NCBI GenBank assembly: GCA_030835405.1
Contig: JAURPG010000097.1
Location: forward strand, 8,479 to 72,478
Source of the DNA: Gammaproteobacteria bacterium
GTDB taxonomy: Bacteria > Pseudomonadota > Gammaproteobacteria > Eutrophobiales > Eutrophobiaceae
Length of the DNA: 64,000 nucleotides
Direction: 5' to 3'
The notes below the pieces were generated by a model. It did not search any database. It saw only the letters and a program-made list of their open reading frames with translations, and was not told where the DNA came from. Below are positions 1 through 10,866 of this stretch, piece after piece (position 1 is the first letter of the stretch; every line of letters starts with the position of its first letter). Position numbers and translations under genes: made by a program.

Positions 1-22
1 TTTGATAAATTTCAGTTAACCT

Positions 23-1318
23 TTATTTCAACCAGTCACATAGCTGGTTGATGCCATTGATAACATTGGGGCAATACATCTCCAGAAACTCCGTCTTAAT
101 TTCCTTGCCATCTTGAAGTCCATCAAAGGCACAGAGTGCCTGGGCACCATCAAAGTCCACGTACGCCAAGCGAAGTGTCATTTCAGTTGCTGGGCGGCCG
201 AATTCATTACCCGGCAAGGTGGCCACACCGGTCTGTTCCAGTAATGTCTTACATAATGTCGGACTGTCGTGAATTCCTCTTTCAGCCAAACGTTCCTTAA
301 GCGGACTAAAATCAGGGAACAGGTAGAAACCACCGGTAGGAGGAGAGAGTGTAGCCCCGGCTTGTTTTAATCTCATGTAAATATATTTACCCAGATAACG
401 CAGGACTGTGCGGGAACTAGTGAGATAGTTCTCTATTTCCATGCCGCCGGAAAATGCTCGGATGGAGGCATACTGTATAGGTGCGCTGGTGGATGTATAG
501 GTTTCACTGGCGACCACGGCCATGGCATCCAGTAACCAACGGAGGTTGGCTGGAAACGTAAACGTTCCTAAACGCCAGCCTCCGGCACCACACCATTTGC
601 TGAGACCGCTGCTGATAACAGTGCCTTCCGGGTAATATCTGGCAACAGACACATGTTGCCCACGGTGATGAAGCTCGCCATAAATTTCATCTGAGAGTAA
701 AATTATTTTGTATTTTCTGGCAATCTTTGCGATTTGTTTTAATTCATCACTGGTATAGGTGTCACCTGTGGGGTTGGATGGGTAGTTCAGGATAACAATC
801 CTGGGACGGCTGGGGTCATCGCTGCAAATCTTGTCCAGTTCTTCAGGCATCAAGCGCCAGTCATTTTCCGGCGTGGTTTGTGCCCAATTTATTTTGCGGC
901 CGATAATCTGGGCCTGGGGCGCATATGAAACCCAGCTGGGAGTGGGAATAACCAGATCACCGTAATAGACAAGCTGCAACAAAAACATCAATTCCTTGGA
1001 GCCGGGACCGATCAGGACGTCTTGCCCGGTGCAATCTATCCCCTGGCGGCGGCGGTTAAAATCCGCCACGGCATCGCGTAATTCCCTAAGGCCTCGGACG
1101 GGCAGATAATCCTTCTGGTAGGCATTGACCTTGAGTTCATCCACCACTGGTTGCGGGACAGGGAAGGGTGACTGGCCAAGGCCAAGTTTATATATGGTCT
1201 TGCCTTCATGGGCCAGCTTTGCACTGAGTTCATTGATGGCAAGGGTGGCGGATTGTTTCAGACCCCGTACATTCAGGTTTATATGCATGTCCGGAGAACG
1301 GTTTGAACGTGTTGCCAT
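23..1318 (-). CDS. PLP-dependent class I/II aminotransferase (alanine/aspartate transaminase-like)
   Basis: 431-aa ORF with the class I aminotransferase fold pattern (N-terminal 'LGQSPFP', PLP-lysine region 'SGLSKW'). The length is typical of AlaA/AlaC-type enzymes. Confidence 0.8.
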   Translation of the reverse strand: MATRSNRSPDMHINLNVRGLKQSATLAINELSAKLAHEGKTIYKLGLGQSPFPVPQPVVDELKVNAYQKDYLPVRGLRELRDAVADFNRRRQGIDCTGQDVLIGPGSKELMFLLQLVYYGDLVIPTPSWVSYAPQAQIIGRKINWAQTTPENDWRLMPEELDKICSDDPSRPRIVILNYPSNPTGDTYTSDELKQIAKIARKYKIILLSDEIYGELHHRGQHVSVARYYPEGTVISSGLSKWCGAGGWRLGTFTFPANLRWLLDAMAVVASETYTSTSAPIQYASIRAFSGGMEIENYLTSSRTVLRYLGKYIYMRLKQAGATLSPPTGGFYLFPDFSPLKERLAERGIHDSPTLCKTLLEQTGVATLPGNEFGRPATEMTLRLAYVDFDGAQALCAFDGLQDGKEIKTEFLEMYCPNVINGINQLCDWLK

Positions 1319-1401
1319 AGGTCTATTTGAGCTTATTTATACTTTTCAAACGGTATATTCATTTAACTGTATAATAGGATAATTTAGTCATAATATATAT
1401 C

Positions 1402-2718
1402 ATGGATCTCGAATCAATAAACCGGCAACTGGAGCTTCTGGTCCAGGGTATACTTGAGTGGTCTACCAGCCCGCAGTTTTACTCACAGATAGGGATCATA
1501 TTTCTTACTGTCTGTATCGCATTCATCATTGACCGGATTTTTACCCAGACTATCCCCCTGCTCAAGACTGAACCCACATCCGGGCGCTTACTGGCGCTGA
1601 GAAAACAGATGCATCATGCGGGAGATCTAATCATTCCCGTATTGTGTATATTACTTTTAAATATTGCAGATGAAATCAGCATGCTGCTGATTCATCAAAG
1701 CTGGTTAATCAAGCTGGCTGAAAGTATCGCCATCATCATTACCCTGTACCTGATTATAACCCGGTTTACCAAGAAGAAACTGGTCCGCTCCATGATTAAA
1801 TGGATTGTAATTCCCATTGTTCTTCTTCAGGTCTTTGGCTGGCTAGATGAAGTAACGTCTTTCCTGGATTCCATCTATATGCAGATCGGTAATATCCGAT
1901 TATCACTATATGGTATTTCAAGGTTGCTCGTATTTGGCGTTATCCTGTTTTGGCTGGGACGTATATCCAATAATATTGGTGTGCAGGTGATCCGCAATCA
2001 GGACGACCTTGAAATTGGAACCCGTGAAGTCTTTGCAAAGTTATTTCAGGTCACACTTTATTTTATTGTCTTTATTCTGTTACTGCAGTTAATGGGAATA
2101 AATTTTACAGCCCTGGCAGTGTTTGGTGGAGCGCTTGGTGTGGGACTGGGGTTTGGCCTGCAGTCCATTGCCTCGAATTTCATCTCTGGAATCATCATAC
2201 TTTTGGATAGATCGATTACCGTAGGAGATTATATTCAGCTTGAAGATGGACGTGCGGGAAAGATACGCGAATTAAATATGCGGTCCGCCATTCTTGAGAC
2301 CTATGATGGCAAGGACATCATGGTCCCGAATGAACAGTTCATTACCACCAATTTTGTCAACTGGACCCACAAGAACCAGAAGCAACGTTACCCTATTGAG
2401 TTTACCGTAGCCTATGACACGGACCTGGACCTGTTGTTTGAAGAAGTACGAAAGGTAGTCGCCAGCCATCCAAAGGTCATCAGTGGGGAAGATGTTCCCA
2501 TAGAGGAGCGGCCTGATGCGGAAATTGCGGGTTTTGGCAATGATGGTATTGATATCCTGGTGGAATTCTGGATGGAGGGTATCGACGATGGTGAAAACCG
2601 GGTGGGTGCAGACCTGTTACATATGATCTGGAAAGTCTTGCAGGAGCACAATATCGAGATCCCCTATCCGCAACGTGAGGTTCGTGTTCTCAATCCGGAA
2701 GATTTATCAAGAACGTGA
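1402..2718 (+). CDS. MscS-family mechanosensitive ion channel
   Basis: 438 aa with multiple N-terminal TM helices followed by the MscS pore/beta-domain signature 'GVGLGFGLQSIASNFISGIIILLDRSITVGDYIQL...GKIRELNMRSAILETYDGKDIMVPNEQF'. Confidence 0.85.
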   Translation: MDLESINRQLELLVQGILEWSTSPQFYSQIGIIFLTVCIAFIIDRIFTQTIPLLKTEPTSGRLLALRKQMHHAGDLIIPVLCILLLNIADEISMLLIHQSWLIKLAESIAIIITLYLIITRFTKKKLVRSMIKWIVIPIVLLQVFGWLDEVTSFLDSIYMQIGNIRLSLYGISRLLVFGVILFWLGRISNNIGVQVIRNQDDLEIGTREVFAKLFQVTLYFIVFILLLQLMGINFTALAVFGGALGVGLGFGLQSIASNFISGIIILLDRSITVGDYIQLEDGRAGKIRELNMRSAILETYDGKDIMVPNEQFITTNFVNWTHKNQKQRYPIEFTVAYDTDLDLLFEEVRKVVASHPKVISGEDVPIEERPDAEIAGFGNDGIDILVEFWMEGIDDGENRVGADLLHMIWKVLQEHNIEIPYPQREVRVLNPEDLSRT

Positions 2719-2819
2719 CTTCGATAAAACAATTTCAGAAATTAATGATGGAACTAGTGATATTTCTGTTTATGTAAAAAAATATCTGAGTTAATTTTTT
2801 CTCATAATATATATTCAAT

Positions 2820-3296
2820 ATGACTCCACAACATGATTTTCAGATAATCGGCTGGCGGGAATGGATCGCCCTGCCGTCGCTTGGTATTCCTGCCATTAAA
2901 GCCAAGGTGGATACCGGCGCGAGGACGTCTGCATTACACACCTTTTATATAGAAGAGTATGCTGTAAATGGTAAACCATATGTGAAGTTTGACATCCATC
3001 CGGTGCAAAAAAGAACAGATATCGTTATCTGCTGCGAGGCGAAAGTTAAAGATAAACGCAATGTTCGGGATTCCGGTGGTCATGAAGAAGAAAGGTATGT
3101 CATCGAAACTGATGTCAAAATTGGTGATTTTCAGGAACCCATAGAAGTTACTTTGACAAGCCGTGATGATATGAAATTTAGAATGCTGATAGGAAGGTCT
3201 GCACTTGCATACCAAAAATTTTGTGTTGATCCGAACCAATCGTATTTACTTGGTGAGCGGATTAGAAAACACGCCTTAATGTTTAAGGAAAACTAG
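2820..3296 (+). CDS. RimK-associated ATP-dependent zinc protease-like (retropepsin-like, DUF785) protein
   Basis: 158 aa, '[31 protein letters not shown]' is typical of the Zn_protease/DUF785 family. It sits directly upstream of rimK, as is commonly the case. Confidence 0.7.
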   Translation: MTPQHDFQIIGWREWIALPSLGIPAIKAKVDTGARTSALHTFYIEEYAVNGKPYVKFDIHPVQKRTDIVICCEAKVKDKRNVRDSGGHEEERYVIETDVKIGDFQEPIEVTLTSRDDMKFRMLIGRSALAYQKFCVDPNQSYLLGERIRKHALMFKEN

Positions 3297-3297
3297 A

Positions 3298-4203
3298 ATG
3301 AAAATAGCTGTACTTTCAAGAAATAAAAATCTTTATTCCACAAAAAGGCTGGTGGAGGCCGCACAGAACCGTGGACATGAAGTACGTGTCCTGGATGTGT
3401 TGCATTGTTATATGAATATCACCTCAAAAAAACCTGAAATACACTTGAAGGGTGAAGTACTGGAGGGATTTGATGCCGTTATTCCCAGAATAGGTGCATC
3501 GGTGACATTCTATGGAACTGCGGTACTGCGACAATTCGAAATGATGGGTACATACCCTTTAAATGAATCAGTGGCTATTTCCCGTTCCAGAGACAAATTA
3601 AGGGCGTGCCAGTTACTTTCACGAAAAGGGATTGGTTTGCCCATCACAGGATTTGCTAACAAACCTGATGACATACAGGACTTGATTAAGATGGTGGGTG
3701 GAGCTCCGTTAGTAATTAAACTGCTTTCCGGCACCCAGGGCATTGGTGTGGTGTTGGCGGAAACAAAAAAGGCAGCGGAAAGTGTGATTGAGGCATTCCT
3801 TGGTCTGAATGCCAGCGTCCTGGTGCAGGAATTTATCAAGGAGGCTGGAGGAGCTGACATTCGCTGTTTTGTAGTAGGCGAACGGGTTGTTGCGGCGATG
3901 AAGCGTCAGGGTCAGGAAGGAGAATTTCGATCAAATATACACCGGGGAGGGACAGCTGAAATTGTAAAACTTACTACTGAAGAGAGGAAGACAGCGTTGC
4001 GGGCAGCAAATACCATGGGGTTAAATGTTTGCGGTGTGGATATATTGCGTGCAGATCGAGGACCGGTGGTAATGGAGGTAAATTCTTCTCCCGGACTTGA
4101 AGGAATCGAGGCAGCCACGGGGAAAGACATCGCCGGTAGTATTATTCAATTTATTGAAAAGAATGCCAAGCAGGGCAAGACCCGTACCAAGGGTGGCCAG
4201 TAG
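3298..4203 (+). CDS. rimK: ribosomal protein S6--L-glutamate ligase RimK (ATP-grasp)
   Basis: 301 aa with the canonical RimK N-terminus '[29 protein letters not shown]' and an ATP-grasp core. Confidence 0.9.
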   Translation: MKIAVLSRNKNLYSTKRLVEAAQNRGHEVRVLDVLHCYMNITSKKPEIHLKGEVLEGFDAVIPRIGASVTFYGTAVLRQFEMMGTYPLNESVAISRSRDKLRACQLLSRKGIGLPITGFANKPDDIQDLIKMVGGAPLVIKLLSGTQGIGVVLAETKKAAESVIEAFLGLNASVLVQEFIKEAGGADIRCFVVGERVVAAMKRQGQEGEFRSNIHRGGTAEIVKLTTEERKTALRAANTMGLNVCGVDILRADRGPVVMEVNSSPGLEGIEAATGKDIAGSIIQFIEKNAKQGKTRTKGGQ

Positions 4204-4206
4204 TTC

Positions 4207-5253
4207 ATGCGAGACGTTTTTAAAATCGGTGGCATATCTATAAAGCCCGGTGAAAAATCTTCCGTAGATTTTCGAGTTCCTGATCTTTATACCCATACAG
4301 GCATTACCATGCCTGTATCTGTTATCCATGGTAAAAAACCCGGCCCTGTATTGTTCATATCGGCAGCCATCCATGGTGATGAGATCAATGGGGTGGAAAT
4401 AATACGCCGGGTCTTGCATTCAAAAAAAATAAAATATCTCAGAGGGACATTGGTTGCTGTCCCGGTGGTCAATATCTATGGTTTCATAAACAAGACCCGC
4501 TATCTTCCAGATAGACGAGACTTGAACCGCTCCTTCCCGGGGTCGGATAAAGGATCGCTGGCAGGACGTATGGCTGACATATTCTTACAGGAAATCGTTT
4601 CCAGGTGTGACTATGGAATTGACCTGCATACTGCTGCCATACACCGGGACAACCTGCCCCAGGTCAGGGCGGTCCTGGATGATCCCGAGACGGAACGTAT
4701 TGCCAGGGCATTTTCTGTACCAGTTATTCTGAATACCAATATTGTGGAAGGTACTTTACGACAATCAGTCGAAGAAATGGACATACCTGTGGTGGTATAT
4801 GAGGCAGGTGAGGCCTTGCGGTTTAATGAAGTTGCAATACGGGCCGGATTTGAAGGTGTGATTTCAGTGATGCGTGAACTGGGCATGTTAAGAAAGCAGG
4901 TACGTCGTAAAGCCAAGCCTGAACCTTTGGTTGCTAAATCCAGCACCTGGGTCCGAGCTTCACAAAGTGGTCTTTTAAGGGCAATTGCACCATTAGGCGC
5001 CAGTGTGAAAAAAGACGAAGTCCTGGGGATCATCTCTGATCCCTTTGGAGAAAAAGAAGAAAATGTCTTTGCATCAGCAAGAGGAATAATAATTGGTAAA
5101 ACCAATATTCCATTAGTCAATGAAGGTGAGGCCCTGTTTCACATCGCCCGATTTGAAACTAAGGACAACGCTGCAGAACAGGTTGAAGAATTTTTGCATG
5201 AAATGAATCCAGCTACAGATCAGACCCCGGCAGGCGAGATACCCATTGTCTAG
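4207..5253 (+). CDS. succinylglutamate desuccinylase/aspartoacylase (AstE/AspA) family protein
   Basis: 348 aa with Zn-carboxypeptidase-like 'HGDEINGVE' and the AstE_AspA pattern. It is the third member of the conserved rimK neighbourhood and is separated from rimK by only 3 nt. Confidence 0.8.
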   Translation: MRDVFKIGGISIKPGEKSSVDFRVPDLYTHTGITMPVSVIHGKKPGPVLFISAAIHGDEINGVEIIRRVLHSKKIKYLRGTLVAVPVVNIYGFINKTRYLPDRRDLNRSFPGSDKGSLAGRMADIFLQEIVSRCDYGIDLHTAAIHRDNLPQVRAVLDDPETERIARAFSVPVILNTNIVEGTLRQSVEEMDIPVVVYEAGEALRFNEVAIRAGFEGVISVMRELGMLRKQVRRKAKPEPLVAKSSTWVRASQSGLLRAIAPLGASVKKDEVLGIISDPFGEKEENVFASARGIIIGKTNIPLVNEGEALFHIARFETKDNAAEQVEEFLHEMNPATDQTPAGEIPIV

Positions 5254-5317
5254 ATAGAAATTCCAGGTCTCTGTTAGCTTGAACTAATTCTTTAGATATC
5301 TTATCGAAGTATTCCAA

Positions 5318-7048
5318 ATGCGATTATTAAATCAAATTATATTCATCATATTACTCATTCAGATTCCTTCATATGTGAATGCAGATCTTGTTATTGAGGT
5401 TTCAGGTGTCAATAACGGACTTAAGACGGTTCTACTGAATAATCTTTCTATTTACAGGCAGAGAGATAATGAAAAACTAACGGATACCAGTATAAGGGCC
5501 TTATACCTCAGGGCAGATGATGAAATCGTAAATTCATTACGGGCCAATGGATACTATCAACCAGAAATAGAGCAATCGCTGGAACAGGTTGAGGAAAACT
5601 GGACGGCGAGGTTTAACGTTAACCCGGGTGAACCGGTACTAGTTAAAAGTATCGAGCTAAATATCATCAGTGATGAACCCGATGCTGATTTCATATCTCG
5701 TCTGAAGTCATTATTCCCATTGAAGACTGGAGACCGTCTGATACATGGTCAATATGAATCTGGAAAAGTTGCTATTCAGGATGCAGCGTTACAAAGAGGG
5801 TATTTTGATGGGCAATGGGGAACGCATACACTACAAGTCTCAACTGATGACTATTCCGCCGATATTATTTTAACCTTTAATGCAGGCACCAGATACCGGT
5901 TTGGGGAAGTGATTATAGCTGATACTGTGATCAATAGTGATCTGGTCAATAACTTGCTCGCTGTTAAGACAGGTGAGTTATATGAGGCTGAAAAACTGGT
6001 TGAAACCCAGAATACACTTCAGAATACCAGATATTTTGAACAGATTGTTGTTCGTACCGGTGATGTTGATCACCGGGAAAAAACCATACCTGTATCCATT
6101 GAGATTCAGGAGCGCAATAAACATGCCTACCGCGTGGGAGTTGGATACGGCACTGATACAGGAGCCAGGCTGGTGGGTTCCTGGGACACCCAGTATCTGA
6201 ACATGAAAGGCCACAGGCAGGAGACGGATTTGCGTCTTTCGCTGGTCAGGAGTTCATTGTCCTCTGCCTACCTGATTCCATTTTTCAGAGAACAGGATGC
6301 GGAACTGGGTATTACCGCTTCCGTATCAAGAGAAGATACCGATACCTCTGTGAGTAATAAATTTGATTCCAGTGTGCAACATCTGAATCAACGATGGGGC
6401 TGGAATGAGACTATTAGCCTTACCTATCAATATGAAGACTATAGAGTAGCTGATTTAAGTGATGCCAGCCATTTGCTGATCCCATCGATCAACTACTGGC
6501 GTTCGGTGAGTGATAATCCACTTTATCCCCGACGAGGTTATCGTTTAAGCGCAGATTTAAAAGGCTCGGTAAAAGGACTGATATCCAATGTCCACTTTCT
6601 GCAACTACGCTTGAGAGGGAAGTATATCCATCCTGTGGGTAATGATGGGCGCCTGATCGGGCGCAGTGAGGTTGGTGCGTTACTGGCGAGTGAATTTTCA
6701 AACCTGCCTTCAAGCCTGAGGTTTTTTGCTGGTGGTGATGACAGCATCAGAGGTTTCGACCTTAATACGCTGGGACCGTTAAATGCATCCGAAGGAGTTA
6801 TTGGCGGTACTTACCTGGCTACAGGTAGCGTTGAGTATGAACACAGATTATTTGGCAAATGGAGTGCTGCTGTATTTTCAGATTTCGGTAATGCATTTGA
6901 TGACTTCTCTGAAAAGTTTGAATACAGTGTCGGCACAGGTTTGCGATGGCAGACCCCTGTAGGTCTATTCCGGCTTGATGTCGCCGTTGGACTATCCAGA
7001 GACGATAACCCCATCAGGCTTCATATCATCCTGGGGCCTGAATTATGA
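5318..7048 (+). CDS. tamA: translocation and assembly module outer-membrane subunit TamA (Omp85/BamA family)
   Basis: 576 aa with a signal peptide, POTRA-like N-terminal region and a C-terminal Omp85 beta-barrel ending in an aromatic residue. Its stop overlaps the tamB start (ATGA). Confidence 0.8.
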   Translation: MRLLNQIIFIILLIQIPSYVNADLVIEVSGVNNGLKTVLLNNLSIYRQRDNEKLTDTSIRALYLRADDEIVNSLRANGYYQPEIEQSLEQVEENWTARFNVNPGEPVLVKSIELNIISDEPDADFISRLKSLFPLKTGDRLIHGQYESGKVAIQDAALQRGYFDGQWGTHTLQVSTDDYSADIILTFNAGTRYRFGEVIIADTVINSDLVNNLLAVKTGELYEAEKLVETQNTLQNTRYFEQIVVRTGDVDHREKTIPVSIEIQERNKHAYRVGVGYGTDTGARLVGSWDTQYLNMKGHRQETDLRLSLVRSSLSSAYLIPFFREQDAELGITASVSREDTDTSVSNKFDSSVQHLNQRWGWNETISLTYQYEDYRVADLSDASHLLIPSINYWRSVSDNPLYPRRGYRLSADLKGSVKGLISNVHFLQLRLRGKYIHPVGNDGRLIGRSEVGALLASEFSNLPSSLRFFAGGDDSIRGFDLNTLGPLNASEGVIGGTYLATGSVEYEHRLFGKWSAAVFSDFGNAFDDFSEKFEYSVGTGLRWQTPVGLFRLDVAVGLSRDDNPIRLHIILGPEL

Positions 7049-10000
7049 AAAAAATCCTCACAGCCATCTCTGTGCTAGTGCTGGTGCTACTGGTATCCGG
7101 ATTTTGTATACTGAATAATCAAGCTGGACTGAACGTACTACTTGCACTGATAGACAAGGGGGAGTTATCTGTCTCGGCAGAGGTCCGCTCCGGTTCCCTG
7201 ATGTCTGGATTCGAACTGGAAAATGTAAAGCTTTCTATTGATGCAGGGGATGTCTCGATAAACCATTTCCGGCTTGAATGGGACCTGCTAGATTTTCTTT
7301 TTACCGAGAAGCGGATTCAATTGCTATTGCTGGAGGATGTTATCTACCTTGCAAACATTGAGGAACAACCTCCCGAGCAGCCACCCCTGGAATTAAATAT
7401 ACCGGACTTGTTGTTTGATAGTTTTATCATAACTAACCTACAGGTCCAAAATGCCGATGAAAGCGGATCATTCCAGCTCGAACATCTACAAGCCAGTTTT
7501 CAGGTTGTAAATAACGTGATTTCCCTTTCAGATTTTATGGCCAGAATGCAAAATCTGGAATTGAACTCAAATGGCTCTTTTCTGTTACAACTTCCTTATA
7601 CAATTAACCTGTCTACAGATGTAATATATACCACCGGTTCAGGAAGGCAAATTACTGGAAACGTATCCATTGGTGGCGAACTGAATCAAATCCAGACAAC
7701 AATAGACATCCCGCATGGTAATGCCACCATATCAGTAGCGGACATTTCCACGTCCCCGGTCTGGACAGCAAACTTATCGCTGTCAGAATTCAGGCCTGAC
7801 GAGATCGATATAACCTTGCCCGAAGTAGGTGTGAATCTTGATCTGAATATGCAGGGAACGGCCACAACGGCAACAGGTAACAGCATGATAAACCTGGACT
7901 ATTCTAGTCTAACTGTTGCCGAAGGTGGGGTGGCTGGAGACCAGGGATCAATTATAATCCCGGATGAGTTCCAATTAGGATTTGATACCCGATTGGATAC
8001 TGATAACCAGCTCATTACCATTAATGAAATTTCGATCTCCACAGGTGATATTCGCATTAACTCATCAGGAGTTTTCAATTTCCTGGAAAAGCAATTCAAT
8101 ATCGCTATCAACTGGTCTGATTGGCTAATCAATATTAGTGAAGACCTGCCACCTGTCGCTGCCAGTGGAAGAATGACCCTGGATGGAGAACTGGATTCCT
8201 ATAATATCAGTTCAAGTGTGTCTATAACCGGTTCAGGCCCAATACCTTCCACCTCATTGTCTATCAATGGTGAGGGCGACCTGGATGGATTACGAATTGA
8301 ACCATTAGACCTACAATTACTTGACGGCGCAATATCTGCAACAGTTGGTGTCAACTGGGCTGATAGCATCGAAGCCGGGATTACCTGGGAAGGAGAAGCC
8401 CTGAACCCGGCGGTAATCTGGATCGAATGGCCGGGACGTTTAAATACTTCTGGAAACCTGAGATTAACTCAAATGAATGAGACATGGTCCTGGGTAGCGG
8501 ATGGGATAGACATATCTGGGTTTTTGAAAGATGCCCCATTAACTGTGAACCTGGTTGGTGACTCCCAGATAGCAGCTGAAATCAATCTTTCGGCCAGAGC
8601 AGACTATGCCAACATGGACATGATATTTGATGGTACGATCAGTGATGAACTGGATATCAACTGGGAGATCAATACCCCGGATCTTTCCCGCGTCGATGAA
8701 TCTTTGGCTGGCGAAGTATCCAGCACCGGGAATGTAACGGGAACACTGGATTTCCCTGAAATTAATGCACAAATATCCGCAAATAACGTTGATTCACCCT
8801 GGGGGAGTTCCAGGCAGGTTGCCGTTTCCATGAATACAGGTGTCGATATAGCGAGTGATATTAATGCGGCTATATTCCTTGAGGGAATGACTATGGATGA
8901 AACGGAGCTGGAATCACTGCAGGCAGACCTGACCGGGACAAGAGCTGCTCATTCATTCAGTGTTGCTGCCAAATTACCTGACCTGGATTTGAATGTCAGT
9001 GGACTTGGTAATTATATTGATTCGAACTGGCGTGGTGAAATCCAGGTCATTGAACTGGCACATGAACGGTTTGAGACATGGACCCTGGCTGATACGACTG
9101 CGTTGGCAATTTCAAACAGCCGTTATGCATCAGGACCGTTATGCATGCGTCATCCCAGTGGATCGATATGTCTCGAAGGAATGTATGAACCAGAAACTGG
9201 CTACTGGTCTATTGATGCGAAATCAAGTCGCATACCTTTATCTTTGCTCCAGTCAGAATTACCTGGCGCACCGGAGATAGATGGTCGGGCGGATGTTTTT
9301 TTACAGCTGAACGGAAACAATTCCCGCCCCGAAACCGGAATAGTGCGACTGGATATTCCAGATGGCCAAATTTCTATGGCGCACTCTGATAATAGTCAGC
9401 ACATCATACCGCTTGAAGGGACCTTCCTGGAAGTGAAACTGGAGGCTGCCACATTAACAGGCGTAGCTACAGTTCCAGCGTTGAATGAAAATTTCAAACC
9501 AGTGCTGGTGAATGTTGAGATGACCGGGTATGAAGATTTGAGTGCATTGCCTTTAGACCTGCCAATCAAGGGAAAACTTGTGGCCGGTGGAGATGACCTG
9601 TCGTTGTTATCCCTTATCACGCCCGAACTTGAAAGTCTTCTCGGGAGTTTTGATATAGATATTAATATTGCCGGGACACTGCACGAACCACAATTTCAGG
9701 GTAAGGCGGAGATTACAAATGCAAGTTATCAATTTCTCGACCTTGGCATTGCTATCGATGATATCAACCTGGTGGGTACAAATATGCCTGATTTCGGGTA
9801 TGAAATTAATGGTCAGTTACGCTCCGGGGATGGGATCATTCAGGCGGAAGCAAGTGTCCAGCAAATTACAAGGGAAGGGATTGAGTTAACAGCCGAGTTG
9901 TCAGGTGAAAATTTTGAAATGGTAAACCTGCCGGAGCTATGGGCGATTGTAAATCCGACGATTCAATCCAGACTTAGTGTAGGTAATCAGTATTATCAGG

Positions 10001-10821
10001 GAGATATCATGATCCCGGCTGCCTTAATTGATCTGGATGAGGCAGTTAATACCGCGGCCATTTCCGATGATGAAATCGTCGATGGAAAGAAACTCAATGA
10101 CCAGACTGAAGTAGTTAACCAGCATATCAGTGTGAATGTTAGCCTGGGGGATGAGGTTGAAATCAGGGGGATGAGAATTACCGGAAAACTCAGTGGTCAG
10201 TTATTTTTGTCTAATATCAATACCAATAATATTCTGGTTGCCGATGGTGAGATTGCCATTATCGATGGTAAGTTTGCCGCCTATGGGCAGGAACTGACTA
10301 TTTCCGAAGGCAGGCTAATCTATAATAAGGTCTCCATCGAAAATCCCACGTTATCCGTCAAGGCAATTCGAAATGTTGACGATATCACTGTTGGTGTATC
10401 CGTAAGTGGTTATTTGTCATCCCCAACCGTGACACTTTTTTCGTCGTCAAGCCTCCCACAGGAAGAGATTTTGTCTTATATTGTTTTTGGACGGCCATTG
10501 AATTCTCTTACCTCGGGAGAAGGCCAGGACCTGATTGGCGCGGCTACGGCACTGGGTATCTCCAAAAGTGGTTTACTCACGGAGAAAATTGCCTCTACCT
10601 TCGGACTGGACCAGTTCAGCCTTAGTGGCTCGACAGCACAGGATGCCTCTATTGTGGTTGGAAAATATATCAATCCCAGACTGTATTTAAGTTATGGTCT
10701 TGGAATAGTCGATCGGATCAGTACCGCTAGATTAAATTATAAACTCTCAAACAGTTTTTCCCTGGAAGCCGAGAGAGGCCAGGAAGCAGGGGTTGACGTT
10801 TTCTATAATATCGAAAAATAA
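7045..10821 (+). CDS. tamB: translocation and assembly module inner-membrane subunit TamB (DUF490)
   Basis: 1258 aa with an N-terminal signal-anchor and a long beta-rich periplasmic body. The C-terminal DUF490-like region ends '...GVDVFYNIEK'. It is translationally coupled to tamA. Confidence 0.8.
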   Translation: MKKILTAISVLVLVLLVSGFCILNNQAGLNVLLALIDKGELSVSAEVRSGSLMSGFELENVKLSIDAGDVSINHFRLEWDLLDFLFTEKRIQLLLLEDVIYLANIEEQPPEQPPLELNIPDLLFDSFIITNLQVQNADESGSFQLEHLQASFQVVNNVISLSDFMARMQNLELNSNGSFLLQLPYTINLSTDVIYTTGSGRQITGNVSIGGELNQIQTTIDIPHGNATISVADISTSPVWTANLSLSEFRPDEIDITLPEVGVNLDLNMQGTATTATGNSMINLDYSSLTVAEGGVAGDQGSIIIPDEFQLGFDTRLDTDNQLITINEISISTGDIRINSSGVFNFLEKQFNIAINWSDWLINISEDLPPVAASGRMTLDGELDSYNISSSVSITGSGPIPSTSLSINGEGDLDGLRIEPLDLQLLDGAISATVGVNWADSIEAGITWEGEALNPAVIWIEWPGRLNTSGNLRLTQMNETWSWVADGIDISGFLKDAPLTVNLVGDSQIAAEINLSARADYANMDMIFDGTISDELDINWEINTPDLSRVDESLAGEVSSTGNVTGTLDFPEINAQISANNVDSPWGSSRQVAVSMNTGVDIASDINAAIFLEGMTMDETELESLQADLTGTRAAHSFSVAAKLPDLDLNVSGLGNYIDSNWRGEIQVIELAHERFETWTLADTTALAISNSRYASGPLCMRHPSGSICLEGMYEPETGYWSIDAKSSRIPLSLLQSELPGAPEIDGRADVFLQLNGNNSRPETGIVRLDIPDGQISMAHSDNSQHIIPLEGTFLEVKLEAATLTGVATVPALNENFKPVLVNVEMTGYEDLSALPLDLPIKGKLVAGGDDLSLLSLITPELESLLGSFDIDINIAGTLHEPQFQGKAEITNASYQFLDLGIAIDDINLVGTNMPDFGYEINGQLRSGDGIIQAEASVQQITREGIELTAELSGENFEMVNLPELWAIVNPTIQSRLSVGNQYYQGDIMIPAALIDLDEAVNTAAISDDEIVDGKKLNDQTEVVNQHISVNVSLGDEVEIRGMRITGKLSGQLFLSNINTNNILVADGEIAIIDGKFAAYGQELTISEGRLIYNKVSIENPTLSVKAIRNVDDITVGVSVSGYLSSPTVTLFSSSSLPQEEILSYIVFGRPLNSLTSGEGQDLIGAATALGISKSGLLTEKIASTFGLDQFSLSGSTAQDASIVVGKYINPRLYLSYGLGIVDRISTARLNYKLSNSFSLEAERGQEAGVDVFYNIEK

Positions 10822-10866
10822 AATAGTTCAGGCACTTTATTTCGCTATCACGTAGAATTCAGTCTT

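Noticed and set aside
4611-5120. 169-aa ORF antisense to the AstE/AspA-family gene, and similar antisense ORFs (1036..1242, 3510..3860, 12600..12938, 20423..20809, 33640..33987, 35470..35823, 48048..48452, 61713..62135)
   Set aside because: All lie wholly inside strongly supported genes on the opposite strand, and none shows recognisable domain signatures. They are typical spurious ORFs of a six-frame scan.
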